From Octopus sinensis (taxonomy: Eukaryota), in contig NC_042997.1 of assembly GCF_006345805.1 (NCBI RefSeq), forward strand, positions 185,380,001 to 185,444,000: a DNA stretch of 64,000 nt, read 5' to 3'. A program made the position numbers and the translations under genes. Under the pieces are notes generated by a model. It was not told where the DNA came from. It saw nothing but the letters and a program-made list of their open reading frames with translations, and did not search any database. Shown here in pieces: positions 12,592-26,013 of this stretch (its first letter is position 1; every line of letters starts with the position of its first letter).

Positions 12592-13090
12592 TGTATATAT
12601 ATATATTTAAACGTACTTTCACATCATGCAAACGGACAGACACAGATGTAGCTATACTGATGCAGTATTACACGTATATGCATGCGCGCCCACATAAGAA
12701 GATACACAAACACCGATATAACGTTATACAACCTATTTTTGTTATCATATACTATATAAATGTGAGTGTGTATATCTATGTATGCGCGTGGCACAGAAAA
12801 TATGGCGTTATTCTCGTTTTATCAATTTCTAATATTATTCTTTGTCTTTTTCGTATGAATTCTTTGCAATTTGTTTGGAAGAAAATGGTTGTTACTTCGA
12901 AGAGCATTAGATTCTCTTCTACAAAGATAAAGAAATTTTCCAAATAAAAGAAATAGTAATCAACAACGGCTTTTCTAAGAAAACTAAGAGAAAATTCGAG
13001 ATAAGAATATAGACATAAATACTTCAGACGCAATAGTTATTAAAACTACAGAAACCATACATAAACTACTTTACAAGGATTATATATATA
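11085..13090. repeat. TA-rich minisatellite with a ~702-bp tandem duplication
   Basis: The unique parts 11903-12380 and 12605-13081 differ at 3 sites seen. Confidence 0.93.
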
Positions 13091-13109
13091 TATATTACGT
13101 ACAGAAAAA

Positions 13110-13650
13110 AATGAACTGTCTCTTTCTTCCTCCCGTACAGTTGGCCTATACATTGAGCAGCAAGACGTCTCCCAGTTTTGAGTATAGTCAATTGCATCTT
13201 CCCAAGTAATGTGGCTTTAGATCATGCTAAGAGGCAGCAAGTCATTAGTCTTAGCGACTCCCTTTTTTTTACTCTCTCTTCGTCCTTCTGCTGGTACCCA
13301 TTTTATAGCTGTCGTGGTTATTCGTCCTTCTGGCAAACATAACCTGCAAGTCTCACTCTTCTTTCCGTCAAAGTATCCCGCAAGCTGTGCAAAGTAACCA
13401 TTCTCAGGACTTCAAAGATTGTGATCTTTGTCCCTGTAGATGATCTTGATTGTACTGCCTAGACACCATTGAGGTTTATAGGTGGTACACTAAAACTCTT
13501 AGTGACCAGGGCATGCATTTTCCAAGTTTCCCCTGCACAGACTTCTATTGGCAGGACAATGCTTAGTAGCAGCAAGATCTTCATACAGTTGCTAAACGAA
13601 GTGCTGGCCCTTGTCTTGTACATTCCTCTAAACCATGCTGGGGCACGCTA
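13110..13650 (-). mobile_element. RTE-clade LINE, degraded 3' end
   Basis: SIVLPIEVCAGETWK, DKITIFEVLR, ERRVRLAGYV, ITWEDA are typical of the RTE C-terminal region. Confidence 0.75.
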
Positions 13651-13737
13651 GATTTTCAGAAGAGATGGACACACAATGAAAACTTCATGAAAAAAATACA
13701 GCATGCAGTAGGCCAAACTATAAACTCTTACACATAA

Positions 13738-14135
13738 TCTCTCTATATATAAAGCTGAAGTTGTCTGTGTATGGCAGGTTTGGTAGCCTTCAACTAATAC
13801 GATCTCCTTCAAGACCCTGCGGCGCAAGTTGACCAAAATTGGGAAGAAATATGATAGAAGAATGCTTGCTCTTCCTTCCATAGAAGACACAATTCAAATC
13901 GGACCATGTTAACACCAAAGATTATTTACTTGAAAAAGGTGCTTTTTTTTCTATGAAAATCCCTATTTTTTCACGATTTCTTGACTGCTGTGTCGTCATT
14001 TTTCGGTGTATTTCAACCAGAAAAATTTTCACTTAAAGAGAATAACAAGCTACATAATGCAAAAGTTATACTTTTTAAAAATTCCAATTCTAAAGGGTCG
14101 AAACAAACCCGAGCAACGCCGGGAGATACTGCTAG
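13738..14135 (+). mobile_element. Non-autonomous Helitron, ~398 bp
   Basis: 5' TC after A, 3' CTAG before T, subterminal hairpin CCCG-AGCAACGC-CGGG at 14108-14123, no TSD. Confidence 0.85.
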
Positions 14136-14284
14136 TATACTACAAAAATATCGAAATTTAAAACCTTCCTATTTATGACAAACCACAAAACTGGAAATTC
14201 TACAAGGTACTAATGACCAAATTTACAAATTTGATTTCAAATGTGAAATCTCAATGCAAAGCAGTGATTGTATCCCTTCTATAC

Positions 14285-14525
14285 AGCTGTTCACGTTGCT
14301 CCAGTTCACTCAGCTGTAGAAATGAGTTGCGACGTCACAGGTGCCAAGCTGTATCGACCTTTGTCTTTCCCTTGGATAACACTGGTGGCGTGGAGAGGGG
14401 AGGCCGGTATGCATGGGCGACTGCTGGCCTTCCATAAACAACCTTGCCCGGACTTGTGTCTAGGAGGGTAACTTTCTAGGTGCAATCCCATGGTCATTCA
14501 TGACCGAAGGGGGTCTTTACCCTTT
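14285..14525 (+). mobile_element. SINE family D, 3' part
   Basis: CACGTTGCTCCAGTTCACTCAGCTG body, related to the minus-strand copy at 47190-47335. Confidence 0.65.
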
Positions 14526-14703
14526 TATACAGCTGTGTGCACGTGTATGTAGCTGTTGTGTATACATGTGTGTATGGTTTATGCATGGAACATACAATTT
14601 CTACTAAACAAATGGTCGTCTACTTCCCGCAGTAAAATATGGAATTTAGAGAATTAAAAATTGATAACCCAGTGTATAACACCAAGAAAGCATTCCGATA
14701 TCT

Positions 14704-14756
<53 letters not shown>

Positions 14757-15237
14757 TACACACACAAAAACCCTCAGATTTTTCTTTTTGGACCGACAGT
14801 TATTTAGAATCATCTTATCAATTAATACTTCGTGTTTGCACCCATATGAGTCCCGATTCTATTTTCGTTCTTGTAGAATAACTCTGGCTTGGTGAAGCTA
14901 TTTGTATATCCGCTCAGTGAGTAAAGATATTAGGAGTTTGTAGGTAGTAATGAGAAAAGTTATTGGCCTTATAGCATTTTGGGTTTTTGTTTCAGCTGTA
15001 TTGGGGGAGAAGGAATGTTGTGCTTTCAATCACCCTGTTCTGAGTTTCGTTCGGGCTTTGCACTATAGATCTAATTTCATTAGCAACTTTATGTATCTCT
15101 GTAAGTACATTTAGCCAAAGGTTCGGAATTTTGTTTATTACAGGTGATTTACATGCATCTTAAGAAATGCCGTATTATTATTATTATTATTATTATTGAT
15201 TATTATTATTACTCTTATTATTATTATCATCATTAAA

Positions 15238-15720
15238 AGCGGTGAACTGGCGGAATCGTTGGCATGCTGGGAGAAATGCTTAACGGTTTTTCGTCTGCCC
15301 CTCCGTTCTGAGTTCAAATTATGCCGAGTTCAACTTTGTTTTACATCCTTTCAGGGACGCTGGAATAAGTACTTGATGAGTACTGGGGTCGATGTAATCG
15401 ACCATCTCCCTTCCCAAAATTTAAGGCCTTGTACCTATAGTACAAAGAATGATTATTATTATTATTATTATCAAAGGCGGTAAGCTGGAAGAATAGTTAG
15501 CCCGCTGGGCGAAATGATTAGCGATATTTGGCCCATCGCCACGTTCTATGTTCAATTTTTTCCGAGGTCGACTTTGCCTTTCATCCTTTCGAGGTCGATA
15601 AATTAAGTACTATTGAAACACAGTGGTCGATGTAATCGACTAATTTCCTCCCCCAAAATTTCAGGCCTTGTGCCTTTATCAGAAAAGATTATTATTATTA
15701 TTATATTATTATTATTATTA
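15238..15720 (+). mobile_element. Two SINE-B copies with (TTA)n-ending tail inside (ATT)n
   Basis: Heads at about 15238 and 15476. Tails GGCCTTGT(A/G)CCT(A/T)TA..AAAG(A)ATTATT. Confidence 0.9.
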
Positions 15721-16105
15721 TTGAGTGAGAGGGCAGTGCATGCCATCAAAATGACACCGGGATAAAATATACTAAGCCCAGTATACCCATCATGACTACC
15801 CGTTTGATAAGGGTACACTTATAAGGGAACCATATCATATGCCTTCTTATAGTCAATTCAAGCCAATGATAGGCTTTTCAACCTTCTCTGATAGTTCCTC
15901 AAAATTGTCTCTCAATCAGCAACCGATCCTTTGTTCCTCATCACTTCTTCCTGCAGCCTTTCTGTTCATCTACTAGCAGTACATTTCTTTCAATATGGTC
16001 GAACAATTTCTTTCCCATTATTCCAGTTAGAAGCTTCCACATCATAGGCAAACAAGTAATCAGGCGATGGTTACTGGCCACGATACCCTTGGCTGAGACC
16101 TTCTG
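15715..16105 (-). mobile_element. R4/Dong LINE, internally deleted (RT fragment fused to 3' UTR)
   Basis: LITCLPMMWKLLTG, EQKGCR, GTKDRLLI, IDYKKAYDMVP, then directly a 3' UTR ending in (AAT)n. Confidence 0.8.
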
Positions 16106-17229
16106 AATCAAAACAGTTCTTCCTTTGTAGTATTTATTAACTTTTCCAGTATAATTCCTTGATGTACAAAAACCTTGAAGGTATTTTTATACTTTAGGAT
16201 GTGTGTGTGAGAGTGTGCATGCGTGTGTGTGTGTGTGTTGTGTGTGTGTGTGTGTTGTACACGAGCAATCGTGCGTATTTGTGCGCGGGAGCTTATGTAT
16301 GGGTGTGGTCCATATATCAAGCATAGATCTTTTCCTCTCACAGGTGTATTGCTTATTGTTATTTCACTTAAATACACGACCTACCCACCGCATATTTTTT
16401 ACGCTATTGATTTCTCTCAAAGTATGTTGTAAAATACAGAAGCCATTCCATTACTACTAGGAGGACTTTCGGTACGTTTATTTATCCAAGGAGCTCGCTA
16501 ATTTCAACTTAATGTTTCTATTAAAAGTTTTTGTTTACACTTTGTAAAAGCTGGTCTCAAAATCTGAGCCCATTTGGGCCTTTATTTATTTATTCATATA
16601 TTTTCTTCGTATTTATAATAGGAGAAAAAGAAAACGTAGCTGAGTTTCACCACTCTACTGCCAGTATTCAAAACAATGTGAAAAGCTCGCTCTTAGTTAC
16701 TTATTTATTTATCCATTCATTTAGGCATTTATATACTTTTTCAGTATTTCTATAGTATTTTTCTTCGCTCCAAATTTCGATAATGCTCTGTGTTGGTTTT
16801 TCCAAAAGAATATTCAGATTATTTGTTTCTTTGCGATCAGTAATACAGTAAGCTGGAGTTTGTAGTTACTTATTGTTGTCAGTATTTGTACTGTATTCGA
16901 TCCCCTCATGAGCATGTATACACACAAACACGCGTATACATATATAGACATACACAAGTTATGAACATACGCACACATTCACGCTCACAGAACTACATAG
17001 ACGTATATCCTTGTAAATGCTTTATGTTCGTGTATGCTAGTGATATCTTTCTTTATTAGAAGAAAATGATAATTATTTTTAAGTAACCAGCACTTGCCGA
17101 ACGACCTGCACAAATGATTCGTTTATAGTGATCACTTGTTCGTGCCGCACATTCGCTGAACTCTCTCCATGAAATCGACGTTGTCTGAACCGGAGCCCTG
17201 TGTACCACGCATCAGATGTCAAAAAATAA

Positions 17230-17460
17230 AGTAATAAATGCTTTGATGCAATACCAGGCAGTGCTTTTTATGACTTCTGATCTTAAGCGATTGGAAGTGT
17301 ATTCATGTTTTGTCTTAGTGTAAAAGATGGGCTACTGCAAATATTCTGCTCAATATCACAGATATGCTAGTCAGTTGCTTGACTTTAACCAGCTGAGCAT
17401 GTCCCTTGCTGGCTAACGATACGTGCATCTCTAATGACTAGCATCATAACCATGTGTTGA
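17230..17460 (+). mobile_element. SINE family E remnant
   Basis: TTAACCAGCTGAGCATG...CATAACCATGTGTTGAGAGGAA, related to 46225-46350. Confidence 0.55.
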
Positions 17461-17724
17461 GAGGAACTCTGAGGTTTGAATAATTGACCTCTGGAAACAT
17501 GAGCGTTTCGTTTAACCTCCTTAAACATATGTACGATAATAAAATAAGCTCGCACAGCACGAACAGAAAAGGAAACATGGCAATATGGCCAGGTGTTTGC
17601 ACTGGCATCTGTTATAAAGCAAATATCGAGTGAGTCGAACGATGGTATGATCACAAGCAAGAGGGGTACTCGAAAATGAGCTATATAAAATACTCTGGGA
17701 TATACACTGTTACCAGATCATTAA

Positions 17725-18040
17725 ATCGACGAGGCCAGATATTGTGCAAAGACTAAAGATGAGAAAGAGGTTAAGATCACCGATGATGCGACAGAAGGTG
17801 ATTCGAAGGTGAAATGTAAAGAACTAGAAAAAAGATGGAGAAATACCATTCTTTTGGAGGGGCGAGACAGGAATGCTATGGGGTATGTGATAAGTGATTG
17901 TGATACCGATAGTAATTGGAACATTGGGTGTTGTTTCTAAAAGGTTTGAAAGCAAAAATCACATTAAGAATATTGGGGTTATAATCAGGCTTGAAGTGAT
18001 ACAGAAAACAGCTTTGTTTGGTATAGCTTGTATCCGTAGT
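17725..18040 (+). pseudogene. R4/Dong LINE restriction-like endonuclease fragment
   Basis: RPDIV..., VIPIVIGTLGVVSK, IQKTALFG. Confidence 0.75.
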
Positions 18041-18319
18041 AAATACCTTCCTTCCTCATCCCCGCTTTTCGTCGCCATCTTCAATATTTATTTCCTTCGA
18101 AGCAAATTTTCGAAGAAATGTAAAACAAAAAGGTTTATATCACCCCCAAAATGGGGCTTTGCTCAACAAACGTTATCCCCCAGGAGGGCAGCTGGCTTGG
18201 AAACCGATTTAAACAACAGAATACAGTATAGACCCTTTTAAACAAGTGAATTAGTAATAAACTTACAGCGCTCCAAAAACACACCTCCGGCTATGATGGC
18301 AATAATATACAGAATAATA

Positions 18320-18514
18320 ATAATAATCCTTTCTACTAAAGACACAAGGCTTAAAATTTTAGAGGAGGGACTAGTCAATTGCATTGACCTTAGTGCTCAA
18401 CTGGTACTTAATTTATCGACCCCAAAAAGATGACAGGCAAAGTGGACCTTGGTGGGATTTGAACTCAGAACATAAAGACGGACGAAATGCCGCTAGGCAT
18501 TTTATCCGGCGTGT
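18320..18514 (-). mobile_element. SINE-B with (TTA)n tail, 5'-truncated
   Basis: Reverse complement of the family B body, flanked by (AAT)n. Confidence 0.85.
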
Positions 18515-18525
18515 TAATAATAATG

Positions 18526-18584
<59 letters not shown>

Positions 18585-18585
<1 letters not shown>

Positions 18586-19376
18586 GACTAAACTAAATGC
18601 AAAAGAAATAGGCAGAGAAAAATCTCAGCAATGATTGAGAAGCTCAGGACTCAAAGCAGAGACGGAGGGATTTTTAATTGCAGCACAAGACCAAATCCTC
18701 CTCACCAGAAATTACCAAAAACATATAATGATAAGAAACATAACAAGTAACTGCAGAATATGTGGAGATGGACAAGAAACAACAAATCATATTATCTCAC
18801 AGACACGACAGAGTTGGGACCTACTTACACTGGAAGTTACGCCAATACTATGGAATAACAACAGAAAAGAGATGATATAGTCACACGCCACAGAAAACGA
18901 GAAAGCAACCATACTCTGGGATATGCCGATACACACAGACAGAGAAATTAAGGCCATTAGGCCAGATATAGTTGTCAGAGATCATGAAGAAGAAAACGCT
19001 TTCTAATTGATGTATCAATACCAGCAGATGACAACGTGTCTCTAAAAGAAATGGAGAAACTTTCAAAATACAAAGACCTGGAAATAGAGGTAACCAGAAT
19101 GTGGAATCTAAAAACAGAAACAATTCCTCTCATAGTAGGCACATTAGGTATCATAAAAAAATATTCAGACAAATGCATAACAAAAACACCAGGACTTACA
19201 AACACATATAACATACAGAAAATTGCACTACTGGGCACTGCACACATCCTACGTAAAACACTTTCAATACAGTAAACATAAAAGCATCACAACAAACCAC
19301 AGCACATACCCAAGGCACAGAGAGCTGCGCTCGGTAGTGAAGTGACAGCACGTTCTATAAATAAAACTACTGAATA
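18585..19376 (+). mobile_element. R4/Dong LINE 3' fragment (zinc finger plus RLE endonuclease) inserted in (TAA)n
   Basis: ETEGFLIAAQDQ, CRICGDGQETTNH, RPDIV..LIDVSIP..KEMEKLSKYKDL, QKIALLGTAHILRKTLSIQ* (stop 19275). (AAT)n on both sides. Confidence 0.92.
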
Positions 19377-19452
19377 AGGATAATAATAATGATGATGATG
19401 CTACTACTGCTTCTGTAATTGCTGATAATATTAATGTACGTCTATAGACTCA

Positions 19453-19473
19453 CAGACAGATAGATAGCGTGAT

Positions 19474-19559
<86 letters not shown>

Positions 19560-19670
19560 GATAGATATAGATAGGTAGATAGATAGATAGATAGATAGAT
19601 ATAAATAGATATAGATAGATATAGATAGATATAGATATAGATAGATAGATAGATATAGATAGATATAGAT

Positions 19671-19766
<96 letters not shown>
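19453..19766. repeat. (GATA)n microsatellite
   Basis: Direct inspection. Confidence 0.97.
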
Positions 19767-20442
19767 GTGTCCTAGCATTCCATTACAGTCGTGCGTCTAG
19801 CTGACAGTCTATCTGCGGCAGGCTTTAGCAGAGGCAAGCGCAATTGACTGGTTATATTTAACTGTGAAAGGCATCTTCTCAATATGGAAAGCATTTTGAT
19901 TAGTGTTAGATACACAATAGAGGCTGAAAATCTGTTAATACGCAAATATAATAGATTTATGTTTATATATTTCTCAAATATATTCTTGTGCGATTTTATA
20001 TATATATATAATATATATATATATGAATTAAAAAATATTTACCTTTCATATAAATCTAATATCGTATTTATACCTGAATAACTTGACTAAATCCATTAAC
20101 TTTCTTCAACAGTACTGTTATTAATGAACTATAGAGATAGCATGTATTTTAATGATTGAAATCTTACTGAATAGAATATGCTATTCGTAATTATTTCATT
20201 TATATAGAAAGCTATATGAACATTTTTGAGCAATTTTTTTAACGTAGTGTTCCATAACGATATGGCAGGAGTAAATTTAACGAGATTTAAGCAATAGATG
20301 CTTTGTTAGAGAAAATATACTTTCATACAATGCAGAAAAGACGAAATATTAAATGCAAAATTTCTGTACAGCTTACAAAATTGGAATATGTTTTCCATGT
20401 GCCAGTAGCAGTAAACTGTCATGTGTATAAGTAGCAGAAGAT

Positions 20443-20690
20443 ATTGTACTCGTCCGTGGTTTTCGACGATGACCAGGACATCACATGGGATAAGAAGATG
20501 AAGATGAGTCACAGTGTGTCCGGCTATGGTCGATCAGGCCAATGCATGCGCGCATGGTTCTGTCGCAGGTTGTGCACGGGTGATGTGCTAGGAAGGAAGG
20601 CAAGAAATTGGCTCTGGACTTTGTGCTTTCGCGATCCGATTCTGTTCAGAAGAATTGGCAACTCTCTTAGTGCAGCTAAGCTGGGATGGG
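20443..20690 (-). mobile_element. RTE (BovB-like) LINE 3' end
   Basis: LLNRI..HKV..., degenerate C2H2 (CxxCxRT.RAxIGLxxHxRTH), tail GGTCATCGTCGAAAACCACGGACGA. Confidence 0.7.
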
Positions 20691-20743
<53 letters not shown>

Positions 20744-20745
<2 letters not shown>

Positions 20746-20912
20746 GACGGGCTTCTTTCAGTTTACGCCTACCAAATCTAAAAACAAGGCTTTGGTTGGC
20801 CGGAAGCTATAGTAGAATACACTTACCCAAGGTGCCACGCAGTGGGGCTGAACCTAGAACCATGTAGTAGTTAGAAATCAAGATTCATACCACACTGCCA
20901 CATCTACGTCTA
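20744..20912 (-). mobile_element. SINE family A, 5' half
   Basis: tRNA-like head plus GGCACCTTGGGTAAGTGT segment. Confidence 0.85.
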
Positions 20913-20926
20913 TATATACATACGTA

Positions 20927-21150
20927 GGGCGGCGAGCTGGCAGAAACGTTAGCGCGCCGGGTGAAATGCTTAGCGATATTTCGTCTGTCGTTACGTTGTG
21001 AGTTCAAATTCCGCCGAGGTCGACTTTGCCTTTCACCCTTTCGGGGTTGATAAATTAAGTACCAGTTACGCACTGGGGTCGATGTAATCGACTTAATCCC
21101 TTTGTCTGTCCTTGTTTGTCCTCTCTGTGTTTAGCCACTTGTGGATAGTA
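20927..21150 (+). mobile_element. SINE-B monomer with Tx1-type tail
   Basis: Full head GGCGGCGAGCTGGCAGAA, tail TTTGTCTGTCCTTGTTTGTCC...TAAAGGAATA. Confidence 0.92.
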
Positions 21151-23106
21151 AAGGAATATATATATATATATATATATATACATACGTGTGTATGTGTAGG
21201 TCCATATCAAGTTCATGTCTACTTCACAGCATGCATGACAATATAAAGTCACAAGTTTGTAATTGTTGGGTTATGAAAAACTTTAGTTAATACTTCTCAA
21301 TCATTTATTCATTGATGTATCGTCTTTGTAAGCTAGTTTGTGGTTACATGTGCGCGATCTAAGTATACTTTTTACGAATACACTCTCTGTTTTAATATTG
21401 TTATCATATTATGTCACAGTGTTTTCAAATTCACGCACTGTAATCAGACAGTAGTAACTGTATTTTTATAAATTTTTGAGCTTGATTTTTTATGCAGTTT
21501 TCTAATTGCCAATTTGACAACCACTTTTGTACGAAACTGTAAGTCATCAGTAATTCTACTAAACTTCTACGTTAATAATCGTACTAATATGCGTGTCTAT
21601 GTATTGCTGTGTGTACGTATTCGTGTGTGTATATATGTGTGTATATGTGTATGATCATGCATATGTTTATGTGTGCTGATGTGTGTGTGAAAGAGTGTGC
21701 GTGACTGTGCATGTTCCTGCGCTTATTATTAATTATATTTAAATATCTTCGAACTTTCTCAAATTCCACTTTTGAATGCAATTCCCTGGTTAGAAATAAT
21801 TATACAAAGACGACAAAGACGATTTCTTATTAGTCAGGGGAACTTAATAATATTTGGTTTTCAAAATAAAGCATGAGCAAGAAAACTGTTATAAATATTA
21901 CTGGAATCCATATCCCGATATCGAGACGTCTTATCTTGATTAAAATACGGTCTTAAATCTAGCAAATTATTTGGACAAATATAGTCCTAGACATACTGGT
22001 GCATCGTCTTTGTTTAATAAGTGTAAATAATTTCCAGCAAGAAAATATAACCCAAAAATTGTTTTCATGAAGACCAAACTTATTTGCCTGTTAATCAATC
22101 AAATGCCATAATTTTCAGAAAATGAACTAATTAAATGAATAAGAAAACGACGTATAATTTAAAACTCTAATGGAATATTACTGATTTTTTCTCAGCCTCT
22201 TTATATTAGATGGCACCATTTGTATTGATAGCTCAATCATTTAGTCATAAATTCCTTCAGTAAATGAATCCAGAGTTGAAAATGAATCAAAACTGCAAAT
22301 GGGTTATTAAATGCTAGCTTTTATAAAATGCTTTACTTACTTTTAGCGCTATAGGAAAATATTAGCACACGATTGAAAGTAAACAAGTTGCAAGAGACAA
22401 ACTCTCAAATGCTGAAAGCTAACAAAGGTTTATAAAGGTCAAACATCAGGTTTATGGGACAACCAGTTGTATGAAGGTTCGTTACAAAACTTGCGTGTAT
22501 CTGTGTAACTAAGAATGAATGTATTTGGCTATGTGTCTTCCTCATATCTTCCCTTTCTGTTTCTCCGTGTTTGTATGTGTTTGCGAGAGGTAGGTCCAAC
22601 TGTGAGCGTGTCACTTGTTTACATAGAATAAATGCGCGTACGTGTTTAAACACCGCAGATAGGCTTTATATCTCTAACTAATATGTTTATAGTTATATCG
22701 ATGTATATAGATAAATATAAGATGTGTTAGCGCAAATTTTTTATATATATATAGCTCCGGGAAATATTCAGATTTCTCAGATCGGTGTTTATTCTAGTGT
22801 AAACAATCAAACATCTACACACACAGACACACCAGAGATACATACGCGGGTGTATGTGTGTTTGTGTATGTGTAAATTTGCTCGTCCGCGTGTAGGTGTG
22901 TTTGTAGTAACTAGACATTCATAAATACATCTAAAGGTACATGCGAATTTCGTTTGATCGTAGCATTTATTATTTTGGTATGATCTGAAACTAATATAAA
23001 ATTACTTTAGTTAGGGCAATAAAAAATAGGTACGTGAAATAAGCGAAAAATTATAAATTACTAATCTATGTATATATATAAACATGCATATATATATATA
23101 TTATAT

Positions 23107-23157
<51 letters not shown>

Positions 23158-23170
23158 CTATATATATATA

Positions 23171-23324
23171 AATGGAGTTAAATGCAGGTGTTATTTCTTT
23201 CTTTCCCTGATGAAATTACATTGTTTTTTACACCATTTTATTCCTTTGGAATAATACCAATGTTGTCTTCGAAACATGTGTCGGAATTAAAAGAATTTGA
23301 ATAGCATCTGCGTTTAACTCCATT
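23171..23324 (+). ncRNA. PLE-type HHR remnant with extended stem I and a stem II lesion
   Basis: UUCC/GGAA stem I, CUGAUGA 23207-23213, GAAA 23271, ACA/UGU stem III, GUC at 23280-23282. Outer helix 23171-23195 pairs with 23300-23324. Confidence 0.75.
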
Positions 23325-23364
23325 TGTGTGTGCGTGGTTTGAGATTATATGATCGTGTCTCTGT

Positions 23365-24020
23365 ATTTATATGGTATTTGTCCCCAACTCTGCCACCATT
23401 GCTTTACCAGTTTTGTTAATTTCTCTACATCCCCGTATCCTACCGGATCAGCAAAAGAGAATGATAGGGGGAGTAATAAACATGATAAAAATATAACTTG
23501 TGGGATCGATGTTTTCGACGAATCCTTTCGAAGCTTTGTCCTATCATGGCCGTAATACAATGACTGAAACAAGTAAAAGATAAAAGACACACACACATTA
23601 CTTATACTCTTTTACTTGTTTCAGTTCTTTGACTGCGGCAATGCTGGAGCACAGCCTTTAGTCGAGCAAATCGACCCCAGGACTTATTATTTGTAAACCT
23701 AGTACTTATTTTATCGGTGTATTTTGTCGAACCGCTAAGTTACAGGTACGTATACACGCCAGCATTGGTTGTCAAGCGATGTTGGGGGGCGGGGCAAACA
23801 CAGACACACAAACATATACACATATACATATATATATATATATATATACATATATACGACGGGATTCTTTCAGTTTCCGTCTACCAAATCCACTCACAAG
23901 GCTTTGGTCGGCCCGAAGCTATAGTAGAAGACACTTGCCCAAGGTGCGACGCAGTGGGAATGAACCCGGAACCGTGTGGTTGGTAAGCAAGCTACTTACC
24001 ACACAGCCGCTCCTGCGCCT
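23365..24020. mobile_element. Old SINE-A 3' half (+, 23365-23587) tail-to-tail with a full SINE-A (-, 23606-24020)
   Basis: Both end in GACTGAAACAAGTAAAAGA. The second has an intact head and central (CA)(TA) tract. Confidence 0.88.
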
Positions 24021-25965
24021 ATACAAATATTTATCTGCAAAAACTCTACTGTGTTATTCAAAATCGATTTGAACAGCTTAACATGAAAATTTTCTTAGTT
24101 AACATTTATTGTATCCAGACAACTGGATTTGTATTTATATATGTTCGTAGATATCTCTATATTACATAAATTCAGCTACAGAAAAAAAAGACTTATATGT
24201 GTTCCTATCTCCCAATCCCTTTGATTATCAACAATCTTTATGTGCTTTAATATGCATATTTCTATCTCTTTGTTTTGAAAACCAACTCGCACCGGATTTA
24301 TGGCGAGGGCTGTATTGGCAACGTTGAAAAACGGTTCTGACTACTAAACACAGTTGTCAAATCATATCTATGAATGATACTGAGGTAATTGCTGTTGTAT
24401 TTTATCTATCATTCTCCAAAACAACAATTGTTATGGGATATTAATGTCAGTTCCATTGGTCTCCTCGAGGGAACACATTATCAGTTAAGAAAGACGACAA
24501 CTGTTAAATTGGATCGATAAAAGAAATATCTTTCTAAAACTTTATTGGGTGAAATACAAAACTAGGTTTGTCTAAATTTAGAAAACATTGATTATCTATC
24601 TTAAGCTTGTTATGCTGCCAAAACGGGTGGAATAATAGCGTTTGAACGTGTGCAATTATACTTGAATTACTCTTTTGAGTTCCATGTATTTCCAAACAAA
24701 GGAAATACATGAATACATGCATTTTCTTTCTTGCTGTCTCTGTCCTTCCCTTTGTCTGAACGTATGTCTCTGCTTATATGTTTGTCTTTGTCTCTCTCTC
24801 TCACTCACTCACTCACTCTAGCTTCCTATCAATCAACCTTTATTTTCTTATACATGTATATATATTCACGCACGATTCGAACACACACAAAACGAAAACT
24901 GAAAACGCAATATTTAAAGATAAGAGAAGTGAGATACTGAAAAGCCAACAGAAAAAAATAAATAAGGAGAGAAAAGATAAAGAGAGGAGAGGAAGATGAA
25001 ATGAAAAGAGAACGATATTATTTTTATTGATATTTGTTTCTTTAGCGCATAAATTTCGAAATTTCGATGGTGAACTCGGAAGTAATTTTCACAATTTCTA
25101 AGTTATGTTTTTACGCAAGCACACGAATTTCTACTTTCGAACTCATATATGATAATCATATTGTTGAAATGGAGGAAAAAAAAAAGAAGAAGAAAACTAC
25201 AACTTAGTTTAATACAAGGATAGACTGGTGAATTCGTCACACAACACGCACATACATATAGATATAACTAAATAAGATTCGGATAAATATATATGTGTAT
25301 GTATAACGGAGTAGTCTTGTTATTTATATAAAGGGGAAAATCACAAACTTAGTAAAGAGCTGAATGCTTTGAATGCTGAGTATCAAATCTTTTTTTTATG
25401 GAATGTTGAGAGAGTTACTATTGTGTTTCATTATTGATGTAGAATTCTTCAGAACATTTGGCAAATGTTCCTAAATTTGCATATATATAACATGGAGCGA
25501 CAAGCAAAAGTGGAGAAAACATAAAAAAAGAAAATAGGAAACGAATGAAGTTAAAGAAAAAAATTAAGGTGGAGAGAAATGAGTGAAGTAGGGGGTATAA
25601 ATAAAACCATTAAATTCTATTTTGAGTCAGAGATATATGGACAAGATATTGATTTAAACTCTTGGGCAACATAACCAAATATGTCTGATCGATTAATTGT
25701 AAAAAAAAAAAAAGGAAAGAGAATTGCATATGTTATTTAAGAAAAAGAAGCCATTTTCTGCCTGAAAATGGAGAAAAGTGGGGGCAATTTTGAAAATTTC
25801 CATTTTGAAAGTCTACTGTTATATCAAAGCAATGATTGAATCCTTATGTACGAAGATTAAAACGGCTCGATGTGTAGGGATGGAAGATGATAATTGAATG
25901 TTGTACTTGAATAACTTGTTTCAGCATTTAATCGTACATGATAAGTGTTAGCCCTACTGATATAC

Positions 25966-26013
<48 letters not shown>

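Noticed and set aside
20927-21010. tRNA-like sequences (A/B boxes) at many positions
   Set aside because: Each continues into a SINE body and lacks a clean cloverleaf, so they are SINE heads.
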